Shown piece by piece: positions 19,901-28,612 of a stretch of 32,000 nucleotides of DNA. Position 1 is the stretch's first letter, and each line of letters starts with the position of its first letter. The position numbers and the translations under genes are program-made. Source of the stretch: PVC group bacterium (lineage in GTDB: Bacteria; GCA-001730085; JADFSZ01). Location: contig JADFSZ010000001.1 in assembly GCA_022560555.1 (NCBI GenBank), forward strand, positions 1 to 32,000. Reading direction: 5' to 3'. Below the pieces are notes generated by a model. It was not told the DNA's origin and searched no databases. It saw only the letters and a program-made list of their open reading frames with translations.

Positions 19901-21337
19901 ATACAATTTTTGGTATCCGTAATCTCCTTCTAATAGCGCGTTCGTAAAATTAAATTTACGCTGATATTCTAGAATTTCTTTCTTGTCTCTTACAACGAAA
20001 AACGCTTTCGATTTATTCGGGGGCAACTCTTCGATTGCTTTTTTGGGTTTATCAAATAACCAAACCGTATCCGGCAATCCTTTCATGCGCCCTGCTAAGA
20101 TCAGAGAGTAAGGATCCGCTGCAGAAGAGATGTACACAAAGACATTCGAATCAGTTTGATACACATCTCTGATTTTTTTGGCCAATTCCAGAGGATGAAA
20201 CTCGTCCAGATAATAAGGCGCAACAAGATCATCCTGCTCCTGTTGAGGCGAAAGAATTGAAGAGAAAATATGGATATTTTGTTTAACGAATTGGCTCCAT
20301 ACAACCGTAAGGATGAGAATAATAACAGCGATTATTTTACCATAATACGGATACCGCAATCGTACCCACGATAAGGCCGTCTTCAGCCATACAGAAGATC
20401 CAAAATACCATAAAGGAAGGAAAATTAGAAACACGCGTGGGTAGGGAGACGGATTTAGGATCAATATTATAATCAACGGAAGCATAAATGAAAAAAGGAT
20501 CATGGTATGACACGAATGGTTTTTTAAAAGGCTTGCAAGCCGACGAACTCTTAAAAATATTCCCAGAAGTATCACGAGCACCATCGGCAGACACGCCATA
20601 AACACCGCTCCATATAAGTGTTCCATAGTTTGCCACGGACTACTCCAACCTGCCTGCCGTCCGGCAAATGTCACCATACTGGACATCTTGGGAAGATACA
20701 TAATACCCGAAGACAATGCGAGACTGCTGATCACCAACCTAGTTTTAAGACAACCTCTCGATTGGGTAAGAAAGAGTGGCATTAGGGCGATAAAATAAAA
20801 AATATTGAAGGGAACAACCCACACAGCTAAAAAGGTCAAGCCCACAAAAAGAAACCCGCCGCGTCTCACTTCCCCGCGCCGAATAAGCTGCGCACTCCAG
20901 AGACCGAGAACGCCCAGCCACATGGACAACATATATCCGCGAACCGCGCATCCATAGATACTAAATGGTACAGATGTGATAAAAGCCGTTATTCCGAGGA
21001 GGGTAGGCCAAAAACCGAGCGGACGATACCACACACGCCATATTGTGATAACAACACATCCGGATAAGACAAAAGACAACAAACGAAACAAAAAAATGGG
21101 ATCTTGAAACCATGATTCTAAAGCTAAAGTCCAGAACCGCAATAGTACATTAAATCCGATATGATTATTGGGAATAGGATAATAGGAAAATATCTCTAAA
21201 AAAGAAGGGAGTGTAACAAATTCAATAATCGTTAATGCCTCATCATACCATAAAGGGCGGCTTAAATGAGGCACCAACAGAGTCCATGACACACACAGTG
21301 TAAGCAGGCCCACCAATTGTACTTTTCGTTCCCTCAT
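19880..21337 (-). CDS. GT-C fold membrane glycosyltransferase (GT39/ArnT/PMT-like)
   Basis: About 11 predicted TM helices. First-loop acidic motif PLWYDEALT as in ArnT/PMT-type enzymes. C-terminal soluble domain of roughly 130 aa. Confidence 0.62.
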   Translation of the reverse strand: MRERKVQLVGLLTLCVSWTLLVPHLSRPLWYDEALTIIEFVTLPSFLEIFSYYPIPNNHIGFNVLLRFWTLALESWFQDPIFLFRLLSFVLSGCVVITIWRVWYRPLGFWPTLLGITAFITSVPFSIYGCAVRGYMLSMWLGVLGLWSAQLIRRGEVRRGGFLFVGLTFLAVWVVPFNIFYFIALMPLFLTQSRGCLKTRLVISSLALSSGIMYLPKMSSMVTFAGRQAGWSSPWQTMEHLYGAVFMACLPMVLVILLGIFLRVRRLASLLKNHSCHTMILFSFMLPLIIILILNPSPYPRVFLIFLPLWYFGSSVWLKTALSWVRLRYPYYGKIIAVIILILTVVWSQFVKQNIHIFSSILSPQQEQDDLVAPYYLDEFHPLELAKKIRDVYQTDSNVFVYISSAADPYSLILAGRMKGLPDTVWLFDKPKKAIEELPPNKSKAFFVVRDKKEILEYQRKFNFTNALLEGDYGYQKLYLMGVEL

Positions 21338-21373
21338 AAATGCCGATAGTGAAAACGCACTGAGTTCTTCGCT

Positions 21374-21814
21374 TTACCTTGATGTGTCTTCATAAATAAT
21401 ATAATTGGGAAATTTATCGGCATATTTTCCAATCCACTCTAATGCGGCCTCTTCTCCCGTAAGCACACGACCCTCTTTTTGGAAGATTTCTTTTTTATAT
21501 TGTTCAATATAACAGATCTGTTCTACCATACGGATTCGATTTTCGTCTTGAGGATTTACAAATTTCACACCAACATGATATTCACCTTTGGTCTTCCGGC
21601 ACCAAACAACAGTGGCTTTAACCTGAAATACCGGATCAACCAAAGGGATTTTTATATGAATGATGGCCCCTTCCTTTAGGGTGACCTTTGATCGAAATGA
21701 TAATCCGCCTACACTGATATCATCTAAATAATCTTTTGTATCCACGGCAACATCGGCAAGCTGAATATCAATGGGAATATTTGACGGATGTCTGATGAAT
21801 TCGCGAAATTTCAT
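21374..21814 (-). CDS. PilZ-domain protein (c-di-GMP receptor type)
   Basis: Both PilZ signatures are intact: RxxxR (REFIR, residues 4-8) and DxSxxG (DISVGG). AGAGGG RBS upstream. C-terminal helical tail EEAALEWIGKYADKFP. Confidence 0.8.
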   Translation of the reverse strand: MKFREFIRHPSNIPIDIQLADVAVDTKDYLDDISVGGLSFRSKVTLKEGAIIHIKIPLVDPVFQVKATVVWCRKTKGEYHVGVKFVNPQDENRIRMVEQICYIEQYKKEIFQKEGRVLTGEEAALEWIGKYADKFPNYIIYEDTSR

Positions 21815-21833
21815 TTTGCCCTCTTTCTTTGTA

Positions 21834-22238
21834 TCATGATTTGTTTTTTTTAAGTTTGAGCGATACAGAATTGATACAATATCTTAAATTTGTCGGCGGA
21901 GGCCCGTCTTCAAACACATGCCCCAAATGCGCGTCACACAATGGGCACAATACTTCTTGCCGTACTCCGGATAAGCTTCGGTCCTTTTTGGTGCAAACAG
22001 AATCTTTCTGGATCGGCACCCAAAAGCTGGGCCAACCGGTACCCGAATCAAATTTTTCATCTGATCGAAAAAGATCATTCCCGCAACAGACGCATTGATA
22101 TATCCCGGGGGCTTTTTCATCAAAATATCGATTTTGAAAAGGCGCCTCAGTGCCTTTTTCACGGCATATGGCATATTGCTCAGGTGTGAGGGCTGCTTGC
22201 CATTCTTTATCTGTTTTCTTTATTTTTTCTTTTTTCAT
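21834..22238 (-). CDS. msrB: peptide-methionine (R)-S-oxide reductase
   Basis: CVCCGNDLF.S..KFDSGTGWPSF, C.LCDAHLGHVFEDGP, catalytic RYCINS. Confidence 0.93.
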   Translation of the reverse strand: MKKEKIKKTDKEWQAALTPEQYAICREKGTEAPFQNRYFDEKAPGIYQCVCCGNDLFRSDEKFDSGTGWPSFWVPIQKDSVCTKKDRSLSGVRQEVLCPLCDAHLGHVFEDGPPPTNLRYCINSVSLKLKKNKS

Positions 22239-22267
22239 CTTTCACGATTTGCGTCTTTGATTTAAAA

Positions 22268-22693
22268 TTATACCATACTTTCCCTAATTTGATTTAGGCA
22301 GCGCTGAAGCTCTTTTTTTCGAAACTCATCGGGGTTCCACAACTGAGTTAATCGCAGTTTTTGCGCCAAACCAGGAACATATGTGAGTGCCTTTACGTTT
22401 TCGGCATTGTTCAGCTCGACAGTGACCTCCCGCTTAAGGTAAACACACTTTTCGGTTTCCTCAAAAACATCAATCTTGTTCATGGAGGCCGGATGGACAT
22501 TGCGAACTAAACACCCTTCAACACTTCCGGAAGTCTCAGGAACAATCACAGGATAAGCAATGGGATCATCCGTTTGGACTTTAATCCGTTGATACCCTTG
22601 AAGCACCGCCCCTTTAAGGGCGTATTTTTTACCGATAAGGGCTTCGAGTATTTCAGGAAACATCAAACAGCCGTAAACGAAGAGATGTGGCAT
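22268..22693 (-). CDS. gamma-glutamylcyclotransferase-like (GGACT/AIG2 family) protein
   Basis: N-terminal LFVYGCLM (YGTL/S-like motif), size of about 140 aa, later Y.R..V pattern. Confidence 0.65.
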   Translation of the reverse strand: MPHLFVYGCLMFPEILEALIGKKYALKGAVLQGYQRIKVQTDDPIAYPVIVPETSGSVEGCLVRNVHPASMNKIDVFEETEKCVYLKREVTVELNNAENVKALTYVPGLAQKLRLTQLWNPDEFRKKELQRCLNQIRESMV

Positions 22694-22770
22694 AGATTAA
22701 ATGAAAATTTAAATGTTAAGTTTCAAGATTCTAAAAACAATAAATGCGAATTTTTTAATTATAGCTGTGT

Positions 22771-23631
22771 TTATTCAAAATTCAGGTTTCCCGAATCGTT
22801 GCGAATTTCGGAAATCGGTTCTCGATCTTCGATTACACATGCTTCAACTAAAGCCCCGTAAATGGCATGTCGATGCTGTTCATCCGGCATACGCTCCGGG
22901 TGCCATTGCACCAACAAGCCAAAAGGATAGTCTTCAAGCTCCATAGCCTCAACAACACCATCGGGGCTCGTGGCAACCACTTTGAGCCCTTTCCCGGGTT
23001 TTTTAACGGCCTGATGGTGAGACGAATTGACCTCAAGAGCCCCATCTCCCAGAATGTCCGCCAAATAAGATTTTTCACTAATGATAATAGGATGAGTGGC
23101 ATCCTGGCTTGAGCGATGTGTCTCGGCATGATCAATTTCCGAGGGAATATCCTGAATCAAGGTTCCCTCCCGCACAACATTCACAAATTGGATTCCGAGA
23201 CACACCCCTAAAACAGGCTTTTTTGTTTGAAGCCATTCAGTGATAAATTGTTTCTCAAAGGCAAACCGCCTCTCACTCATCACGTTGACAGTTTCATCAT
23301 TATGATCATCATAAAATTCCGGGGGTATATCCATTCCACCGGTCAAAACAACACCGTCCAAAAGATCAAGGTAATAACGAATAATAGTTTCATCCGTAAC
23401 AGGGGGTAAAACAACCGGGATGCCACCCGCCGCGATAACAGCTTGAACATAACTGTCGGATACAGTGATTTTTCCAAAGCCCTCCGTCTCATTGTCGTAA
23501 AACATACAAGTGATACCGATCAATGGTCTTTGTTCGGCTCCGGTAAGTACGGGCAAGAAACATAAACCAACAAAAAGGAGGACCCCTAAAATGAAAATCC
23601 TTTTGGAATAATTTTTTCGGATTTTTAACAT
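22771..23631 (-). CDS. class I glutamine amidotransferase-like / peptidase C26 (gamma-glutamyl-GABA hydrolase PuuD family) with N-terminal signal/anchor
   Basis: PLIGIT, GG.DI.P..Y, nucleophile GVCLGIQ, HHQAV, QWHPE. Start moved to the ATG at 23631 (MLKIRKNYSKRIFILGVLLFVGLCF), because the upstream 83 codons of the track ORF run through the csp gene in another frame. Confidence 0.8.
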   Translation of the reverse strand: MLKIRKNYSKRIFILGVLLFVGLCFLPVLTGAEQRPLIGITCMFYDNETEGFGKITVSDSYVQAVIAAGGIPVVLPPVTDETIIRYYLDLLDGVVLTGGMDIPPEFYDDHNDETVNVMSERRFAFEKQFITEWLQTKKPVLGVCLGIQFVNVVREGTLIQDIPSEIDHAETHRSSQDATHPIIISEKSYLADILGDGALEVNSSHHQAVKKPGKGLKVVATSPDGVVEAMELEDYPFGLLVQWHPERMPDEQHRHAIYGALVEACVIEDREPISEIRNDSGNLNFE

Positions 23632-23659
23632 ATCATAAAACTTTGTGTGGAAGTGTCCC

Positions 23660-23695
23660 AAAAAAGTAAATGCGGCATCCCAAAGACTGCCGCAC
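23660..23695 (-). terminator. rho-independent terminator downstream of csp
   Basis: Minus strand reads GTGCGGCA-(10-nt loop)-TGCCGCAT, followed by TTACTTTTTT. Starts about 25 nt after the csp stop. Confidence 0.55.
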
Positions 23696-23719
23696 TTCCT
23701 TAATTTTGCGATATGTTCT

Positions 23720-23932
23720 CTACTGCTGAAGAGTAACGTCTTGGGCTTGCAGCCCCTTTTCTCCTTCTGCAACGGTAAATTCGACTTTTTGTCCTTCTTC
23801 GAGAGACTTGTAACCATCCCCGCTAATGGCCTTAAAATGCACGAAGACATCGCTGCCTTGTTCTCGTGTGATAAAACCATAACCCTTAGAAGAATTGAAC
23901 CATTTTACAGTACCTTGCTCACGCTCTGCCAT
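23720..23932 (-). CDS. csp: cold-shock protein (CspA family, CSD)
   Basis: [15 protein letters not shown] (RNP1), DVFVHF (RNP2), 70 aa. GGGGG/AAGG SD-like tract upstream. Confidence 0.95.
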   Translation of the reverse strand: MAEREQGTVKWFNSSKGYGFITREQGSDVFVHFKAISGDGYKSLEEGQKVEFTVAEGEKGLQAQDVTLQQ

Positions 23933-24097
23933 AGATATTCACCCCCTTACCTTCGCTTGGTTCTGACCTGGACAGAGCGTTCGCGACCAGTTGCATAGGG
24001 AATGCGTGATACTGCAACTCTTTGGGTCCTGCTGCACACTGCAATTTCTGTACTGCGCCATAAAACCTCTGCCGTTACTAAAATAAACAACATGGGT

Positions 24098-24126
24098 ATT
24101 ATACAAAAATTTATTTAAGGATTCAA
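24098..24126 (-). promoter_or_regulatory. putative sigma70 promoter for csp, with a ~150-nt 5'UTR
   Basis: Minus strand reads TTGAAT, 17-nt spacer, TATAAT (plus-strand ATTCAA 24121-24126 and ATTATA 24098-24103). The -35 element overlaps the stop codon of the methyltransferase gene. Confidence 0.5.
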
Positions 24127-25010
24127 TCAAGATTTTCCCGTATACTCTCCTTCTTTTGGAGCACCGTTAGAGTCATCAGGGAGATGCTCATAAAGGAGCT
24201 AAACCGTAAAAAAAGACAATCGAGAAACTTGAACGGAAAAAGCATCAAACAGAACACAAGATACAGATAGCCCCGCAGCCGAGTCGACCCAAAAGAAAAC
24301 ACAATAGAAAGAAATTCAATAAAAAAAGCTAAAAATGCGGAAATGGGGCCGGCCACACTGCGTTGCTCTTCTGTTTTCCACCCTCCGAAAAGCTCCCGCA
24401 CCCCATGATGCGTAAATCGATGAAAATCATCGGGAGAGGCATGAAACGGGTATAAAAACGGGATCACATGCAGTCCCCATCCGCCTTTCTTTGTACATTC
24501 AGCTATTTTGTCCGCGATTTCCCATGGTTTTTTGACATGTTCCAAGACGCTTCGTGATACAAATGCATCCACGCTTTCTTTTTTAAAAGGCAGTTTTTGA
24601 AGATCACTGACGATATCTACTTCGTCATAGTCAGTAAAATCCAAGCAGATGATATCATCATGTATGCGCCTGTTGCCGCACCCGATATCCACGACGATTT
24701 GCTCATGCGGGTTCACGTAACGCAATAAAGTTTTTTTGAAATTAAAAGGATAGTCAGGCGCGATGATGTCCACACCAATCGAATAATAATATTTCCCCAG
24801 TGTTTTTTTTAAGCGCCCTTTAAAACTGTTCAAATCATCATGGGGTCCAACGTGATCACAAAAATATATTTTCCCATTTCGTATTTTATACGTGTTTGAA
24901 CAAGCCAAGCAGCAAAGCCCCGATGGCTCATATTTCAAATCACCTTGGCAGTGAGGACAGGCCAAAAAAGGAAGTATTTTTTGAAGACGAGTCTGTTGGG
25001 ACATAATCAT
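24123..25010 (-). CDS. class I SAM-dependent methyltransferase with N-terminal Zn-ribbon and C-terminal TM hairpin
   Basis: CPHC..(13 aa)..CLAC Trm112-like ribbon. VVDIGCGN motif I. SRSVLEHV (Methyltransf_11-like). Hydrophobic C-terminal segments ISAFLAFFIEFLSIVF and LYLVFCLMLFPF. Confidence 0.75.
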   Translation of the reverse strand: MIMSQQTRLQKILPFLACPHCQGDLKYEPSGLCCLACSNTYKIRNGKIYFCDHVGPHDDLNSFKGRLKKTLGKYYYSIGVDIIAPDYPFNFKKTLLRYVNPHEQIVVDIGCGNRRIHDDIICLDFTDYDEVDIVSDLQKLPFKKESVDAFVSRSVLEHVKKPWEIADKIAECTKKGGWGLHVIPFLYPFHASPDDFHRFTHHGVRELFGGWKTEEQRSVAGPISAFLAFFIEFLSIVFSFGSTRLRGYLYLVFCLMLFPFKFLDCLFLRFSSFMSISLMTLTVLQKKESIRENLD

Positions 25011-25042
25011 TAAGCGGATGTTTAGGTGTTCTTGAGATCTCC

Positions 25043-25513
25043 TTATTTAGCGATTTTCAGAATTTTTAATTTAGTAATTTCCCCTCTAATCAAACTGTTA
25101 ATATTCTGAAAGAAGCTTTTCATAGTCTGAACGTACTTGTCGAGTCGTGGATCAGTTAGATTTGTCATACTTTCCAAGCTTTTAATATTCACATCGTTTG
25201 TATTTTCAACAGATGTCAGCCAGTAAATTATGTATTGCGCGGCCTGCTCGAGACGGCTCTCTCTGGGGATAGTTTCATAAATACCCACCATGATGAAATA
25301 CGCGTCCAGTTGCGTCACAGTCATAACAGACGCGTCCCACAATGTGTTAGCCAGTATGACTTCCTTCGTCTTTGTGAGAACGGTTTTTAATTCTACAGAA
25401 ACTTGAAACATCTTATCGCGCATACTCTTAAGCTCCGAAATCGTGCTTTCGGCATAAGCCGCCGATGAGGCGAAGAAAATACCTATCGTGAATAAACAAA
25501 TTATTTTTTTCAT
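25043..25513 (-). CDS. hypothetical secreted protein, predicted all-helical
   Basis: Signal peptide MKKIICLFTIGIFFASSAAYA/E. AAGGAG RBS 6 nt upstream. No recognisable domain. Co-oriented 24 nt after the PilO-like gene. Confidence 0.6.
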   Translation of the reverse strand: MKKIICLFTIGIFFASSAAYAESTISELKSMRDKMFQVSVELKTVLTKTKEVILANTLWDASVMTVTQLDAYFIMVGIYETIPRESRLEQAAQYIIYWLTSVENTNDVNIKSLESMTNLTDPRLDKYVQTMKSFFQNINSLIRGEITKLKILKIAK

Positions 25514-25537
25514 AATTTCTCCTTTGTGTGGTTATTT

Positions 25538-26104
25538 TTAGAATTCCTTTTGCGGAATAATCAGTTTTGAGATAACCATATTGCATCTGGCGATACTTGA
25601 ATCCTTTGACTTAGGGCCAATTTGAAAACTTTCAACCGTTAAAAATTTAGTTGAGCTTTCAATGCCATGCATAAATTCCACAACTTGTTCCATTTGGGCT
25701 TCATAATTTATGTTAACTTGAAACTTTTTGGCAATCCCAAGCTCTTTGATTCCCGACGGCTTAATGTCGATTAAATATACCGAAGAACGATTGGCCATCC
25801 CTTCAACTTCTTTTAAGAGTGATGTCATACCCTGCTCCTCTGTGGCCATGCCTACCAGTAATTTCTCATATTTTTTCATTTCTTTTTCGATACGATCTTT
25901 TTGAGCGAGAATCTTTAAGCTTCTCTTAATCTCGGCCTCCTTGGCCGCAATATCCTGATTGTACATACGAAATTTATCGATGAGCGGCTTGACGAGCATA
26001 TTATCAAGAAGCGCGAGCGAGCAAAACAACACAGCTCCGTAGAATACAAGCCTTTCTCTTTTTGAAAGTTTTTTAACGAAATCAACAATAAAATTCAAAT
26101 TCAC
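25538..26104 (-). CDS. PilO/GspM-like inner-membrane assembly platform protein
   Basis: Architecture only: short cytoplasmic N-terminus, one TM (LVFYGAVLFCSLALL), a coiled-coil, then an alpha/beta domain of about 90 aa. GTG start with AAGGAG 7 nt upstream. Position is after the L-equivalent gene. Confidence 0.62.
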   Translation of the reverse strand: MNLNFIVDFVKKLSKRERLVFYGAVLFCSLALLDNMLVKPLIDKFRMYNQDIAAKEAEIKRSLKILAQKDRIEKEMKKYEKLLVGMATEEQGMTSLLKEVEGMANRSSVYLIDIKPSGIKELGIAKKFQVNINYEAQMEQVVEFMHGIESSTKFLTVESFQIGPKSKDSSIARCNMVISKLIIPQKEF

Positions 26105-26116
26105 CGTACGGCTCCT

Positions 26117-27571
26117 TTAATCTGAAACACTCGCCAATAAACAGGATATTTCAAAATCCGTCACATCACGAAGCCCGTCTTTTCTTTTGGCTGTGTATTT
26201 AGTTTTGACATTTTTTAGGAATTCAGATTTTTCCATATGATCAACAAAATAAAACACGGTTGACATCGATCGAGCCGTGCCGCGAATCGAAAATCGCCCC
26301 CGGCTATCATAACGGATAAAATTCAGCTCCAAGTCCGAAGGGATTAATTGATAAATCTCCGTTAAAACTAAAAGAGAATACCCGCGCTTCGATTGATAGT
26401 TCCGTATGAGCGTAATTTTACTAAAGCTGTCTTCAAGTTTTTCTGCCGCTTCATTTATGGGTTTGTATTTGGTTTCCAAATTAGAGATATAAACACTCTT
26501 AAATGCCATATTCGAAAGCAGAACAGAAAAACCCAGGATAAAAATTATAAGAATAAGAATACCTGTTTTGATCATGTCACGGCTGCGCTCTTCAAGTTGA
26601 CGCTGTATTTTTACCTCCTGGGGGATCAAGTTGACTTTAAGATCCTTCCCTGCCGACATGACTCCCATCAGGGCAAGCAAAGAAATCCCTTTCTCTTTTT
26701 CCAGATTTTGAGCCGCGCTTTTTGAAATGTGGAAATACTTTTCATAGGGTAGTATCTTGACGGGAAGAAGAAGGTTGTCCGATATCGTTTCTTCTGCTCC
26801 CACAAACATTTCTACCGCTCCCGTAATGAAAGCCTCCCCGGGACGCTTTCCTATATCTTCAGACAAATACGCCTCCAAAGATTTTTTCAACTCATCCGTA
26901 AAACGCTGCAAAGATTGTTCGCGATTACCGGCCATTTCCACGCATCCCAAAGGGATGTTTCGAATAAAAATTACCTTTGCTTGAGAGACAATCGTAAAAT
27001 CTGTGTGGGTTTCGTCAATATGGATCATATTGATTGGGGTATTGCTTGAGCTTTTGATTTTAAATATTTTTGAGGCACTCCAGGCTAATGATTCCGGAGC
27101 CAAATATACGTTTTCCAATGCTAAGCCCGCATTTTTAAAAATATCGATATATCTTCGAATAATATTTTTCGAGACAATCACCAAAAGCGCTTTTGTATAG
27201 TTTTGTTTGTATACTTCGATGTTGATATAGTCCACAATAATGTCTTCGCGGGAATGAGGGGTATAGCGGCTCGCTTGCAGATTGATAATCTCTTTGATTT
27301 CATCAGGATCAACAGAGGGCAGCTCAATATTTCTTGTAATCACTTGATGACTTGGTACGATCGTCAAGACACCGGCATTACGGGCTTTAGATTCTTCACA
27401 ATACGCTTGTATTTGATGCGCGATATCCTCGTCACTCATGGAGCTGATGTTACACGTGTAAATATCCTGGATGTCATGACGAGAGCTCCCCATATGAATA
27501 AACCGCAATGTATCTCCCGAAAGATCAATTCCGACAAGGGCCGTACTTTTCGTCGCGCTTAGATTAAACAT
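26117..27571 (-). CDS. PilM-PilN fusion protein (GspL-equivalent: actin-like cytoplasmic domain + TM + periplasmic domain)
   Basis: N-terminal VGIDLSGDTLRFIHM PilM/FtsA-like phosphate-1 region over about 330 aa. TM segment IKTGILILIIFILGFSVLLSNMAF. A PilN-like periplasmic domain of about 130 aa follows. Confidence 0.72.
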   Translation of the reverse strand: MFNLSATKSTALVGIDLSGDTLRFIHMGSSRHDIQDIYTCNISSMSDEDIAHQIQAYCEESKARNAGVLTIVPSHQVITRNIELPSVDPDEIKEIINLQASRYTPHSREDIIVDYINIEVYKQNYTKALLVIVSKNIIRRYIDIFKNAGLALENVYLAPESLAWSASKIFKIKSSSNTPINMIHIDETHTDFTIVSQAKVIFIRNIPLGCVEMAGNREQSLQRFTDELKKSLEAYLSEDIGKRPGEAFITGAVEMFVGAEETISDNLLLPVKILPYEKYFHISKSAAQNLEKEKGISLLALMGVMSAGKDLKVNLIPQEVKIQRQLEERSRDMIKTGILILIIFILGFSVLLSNMAFKSVYISNLETKYKPINEAAEKLEDSFSKITLIRNYQSKRGYSLLVLTEIYQLIPSDLELNFIRYDSRGRFSIRGTARSMSTVFYFVDHMEKSEFLKNVKTKYTAKRKDGLRDVTDFEISCLLASVSD

Positions 27572-27574
27572 CCC

Positions 27575-28612
27575 TTAGTTCTCCCGCCAAAAAAGTATTT
27601 TTCCTTTGCGATCCGCAACGCATGTAACATCCATTTTTATTTTCTGATTCGCCAAAAAAGCCCGGCATTGAATTTTAAATATTTGAGAATGTGTTTTCAA
27701 TTTCTGATCAGCCACAATACTGATCTTCGCGAGCTCTGAAGGGCTTAAATGCGTTCGCTGACTCAACTGAGGCACAATGCTTGATGGATTTGTAAAAATG
27801 CCGTCATCCGCCGTACCGGGCACCCCATCCTCACCAAAACGAAATGTCATAATTTTGTCGATAATACTCTTATCTAAGCCCAATCCATAAAAAACTTCCC
27901 TCGAGGCCGTGTTCGCGTTAATCTTTCCGTTGCCGTAAATCGTGACATAATTCTTAATAATGTCAACCACATCTTTGTTGACCCCTTTCACTAAATACAA
28001 TTCATCAAAAACTTGAAAAGGAGCGTCTTTCGCTTCGTACGCGAATGCCCCGCTCCGATATTCCCGATCTTCCGCGCTTCCCAGAGGGATGGAGAGCTGG
28101 CTGTCTTCGTCCCGCCAATCTACAATCGCGGCGGCGATTTCTTGAGCTTCTATTTTATCAAAACCAAGGCCGTCTCTCAAAAGTTGGCGCAGAATAATAT
28201 CATCTTCTATATTAATATTGATCTTTCTTTCTTCATCAACAAACCCAAATCGAGTTATCAGTTCATTTGACACAATATCACGGTCCACATAGGATATCTC
28301 ACAAAAGCCATCTCCAATAGGCATCTTTTTAAAAACAGCTTCTGTGTCAAACCAATACTCGCCTAAAGATGTGTACTCAATAAACTCATCCTCTCCGGGA
28401 ATAATCATTGTGATTGCTTTTTTAACACCGGCTTCCGCGATAGAACGGAGCTTTCCTCTCTCATTTATTCGGGTGGCCAATGTAAGCTTTTGACGAACGG
28501 TAACACTGGTTATAATCGCAAAAGTGGACAACATCAACAGTGTCCATAAGGTCAAAATAAGGATACTTCCCTGAACTCTACCCTCCCGAAAGGATGCTAA
28601 CTGTTTTCGCAT
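27575..28612 (-). CDS. gspK: type II secretion minor pseudopilin GspK-like
   Basis: Pseudopilin-like N-terminus without Glu5 (VQG/SILILTLWTLLMLSTFAI). Size of about 345 aa. INANTASREVF helix-hairpin-helix-type motif as in GspK. Start at M9 (28612) or M1 (28636). Confidence 0.72.
   Translation of the reverse strand: MRKQLASFREGRVQGSILILTLWTLLMLSTFAIITSVTVRQKLTLATRINERGKLRSIAEAGVKKAITMIIPGEDEFIEYTSLGEYWFDTEAVFKKMPIGDGFCEISYVDRDIVSNELITRFGFVDEERKININIEDDIILRQLLRDGLGFDKIEAQEIAAAIVDWRDEDSQLSIPLGSAEDREYRSGAFAYEAKDAPFQVFDELYLVKGVNKDVVDIIKNYVTIYGNGKINANTASREVFYGLGLDKSIIDKIMTFRFGEDGVPGTADDGIFTNPSSIVPQLSQRTHLSPSELAKISIVADQKLKTHSQIFKIQCRAFLANQKIKMDVTCVADRKGKILFWREN

Noticed and set aside
19800-19980. 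dif/XerCD site at the strand-switch point
   Set aside because: There is no intergenic DNA because the genes overlap. No CATAAT-6-ATTATG-like 28-mer occurs here or elsewhere in the window.
23632-23880. N-terminal 83 codons of the 369-aa ORF 22771..23880
   Set aside because: This stretch overlaps the strongly supported csp gene and its terminator in a different frame. The internal ATG at 23631 gives a normal signal/anchor plus a C26 domain.
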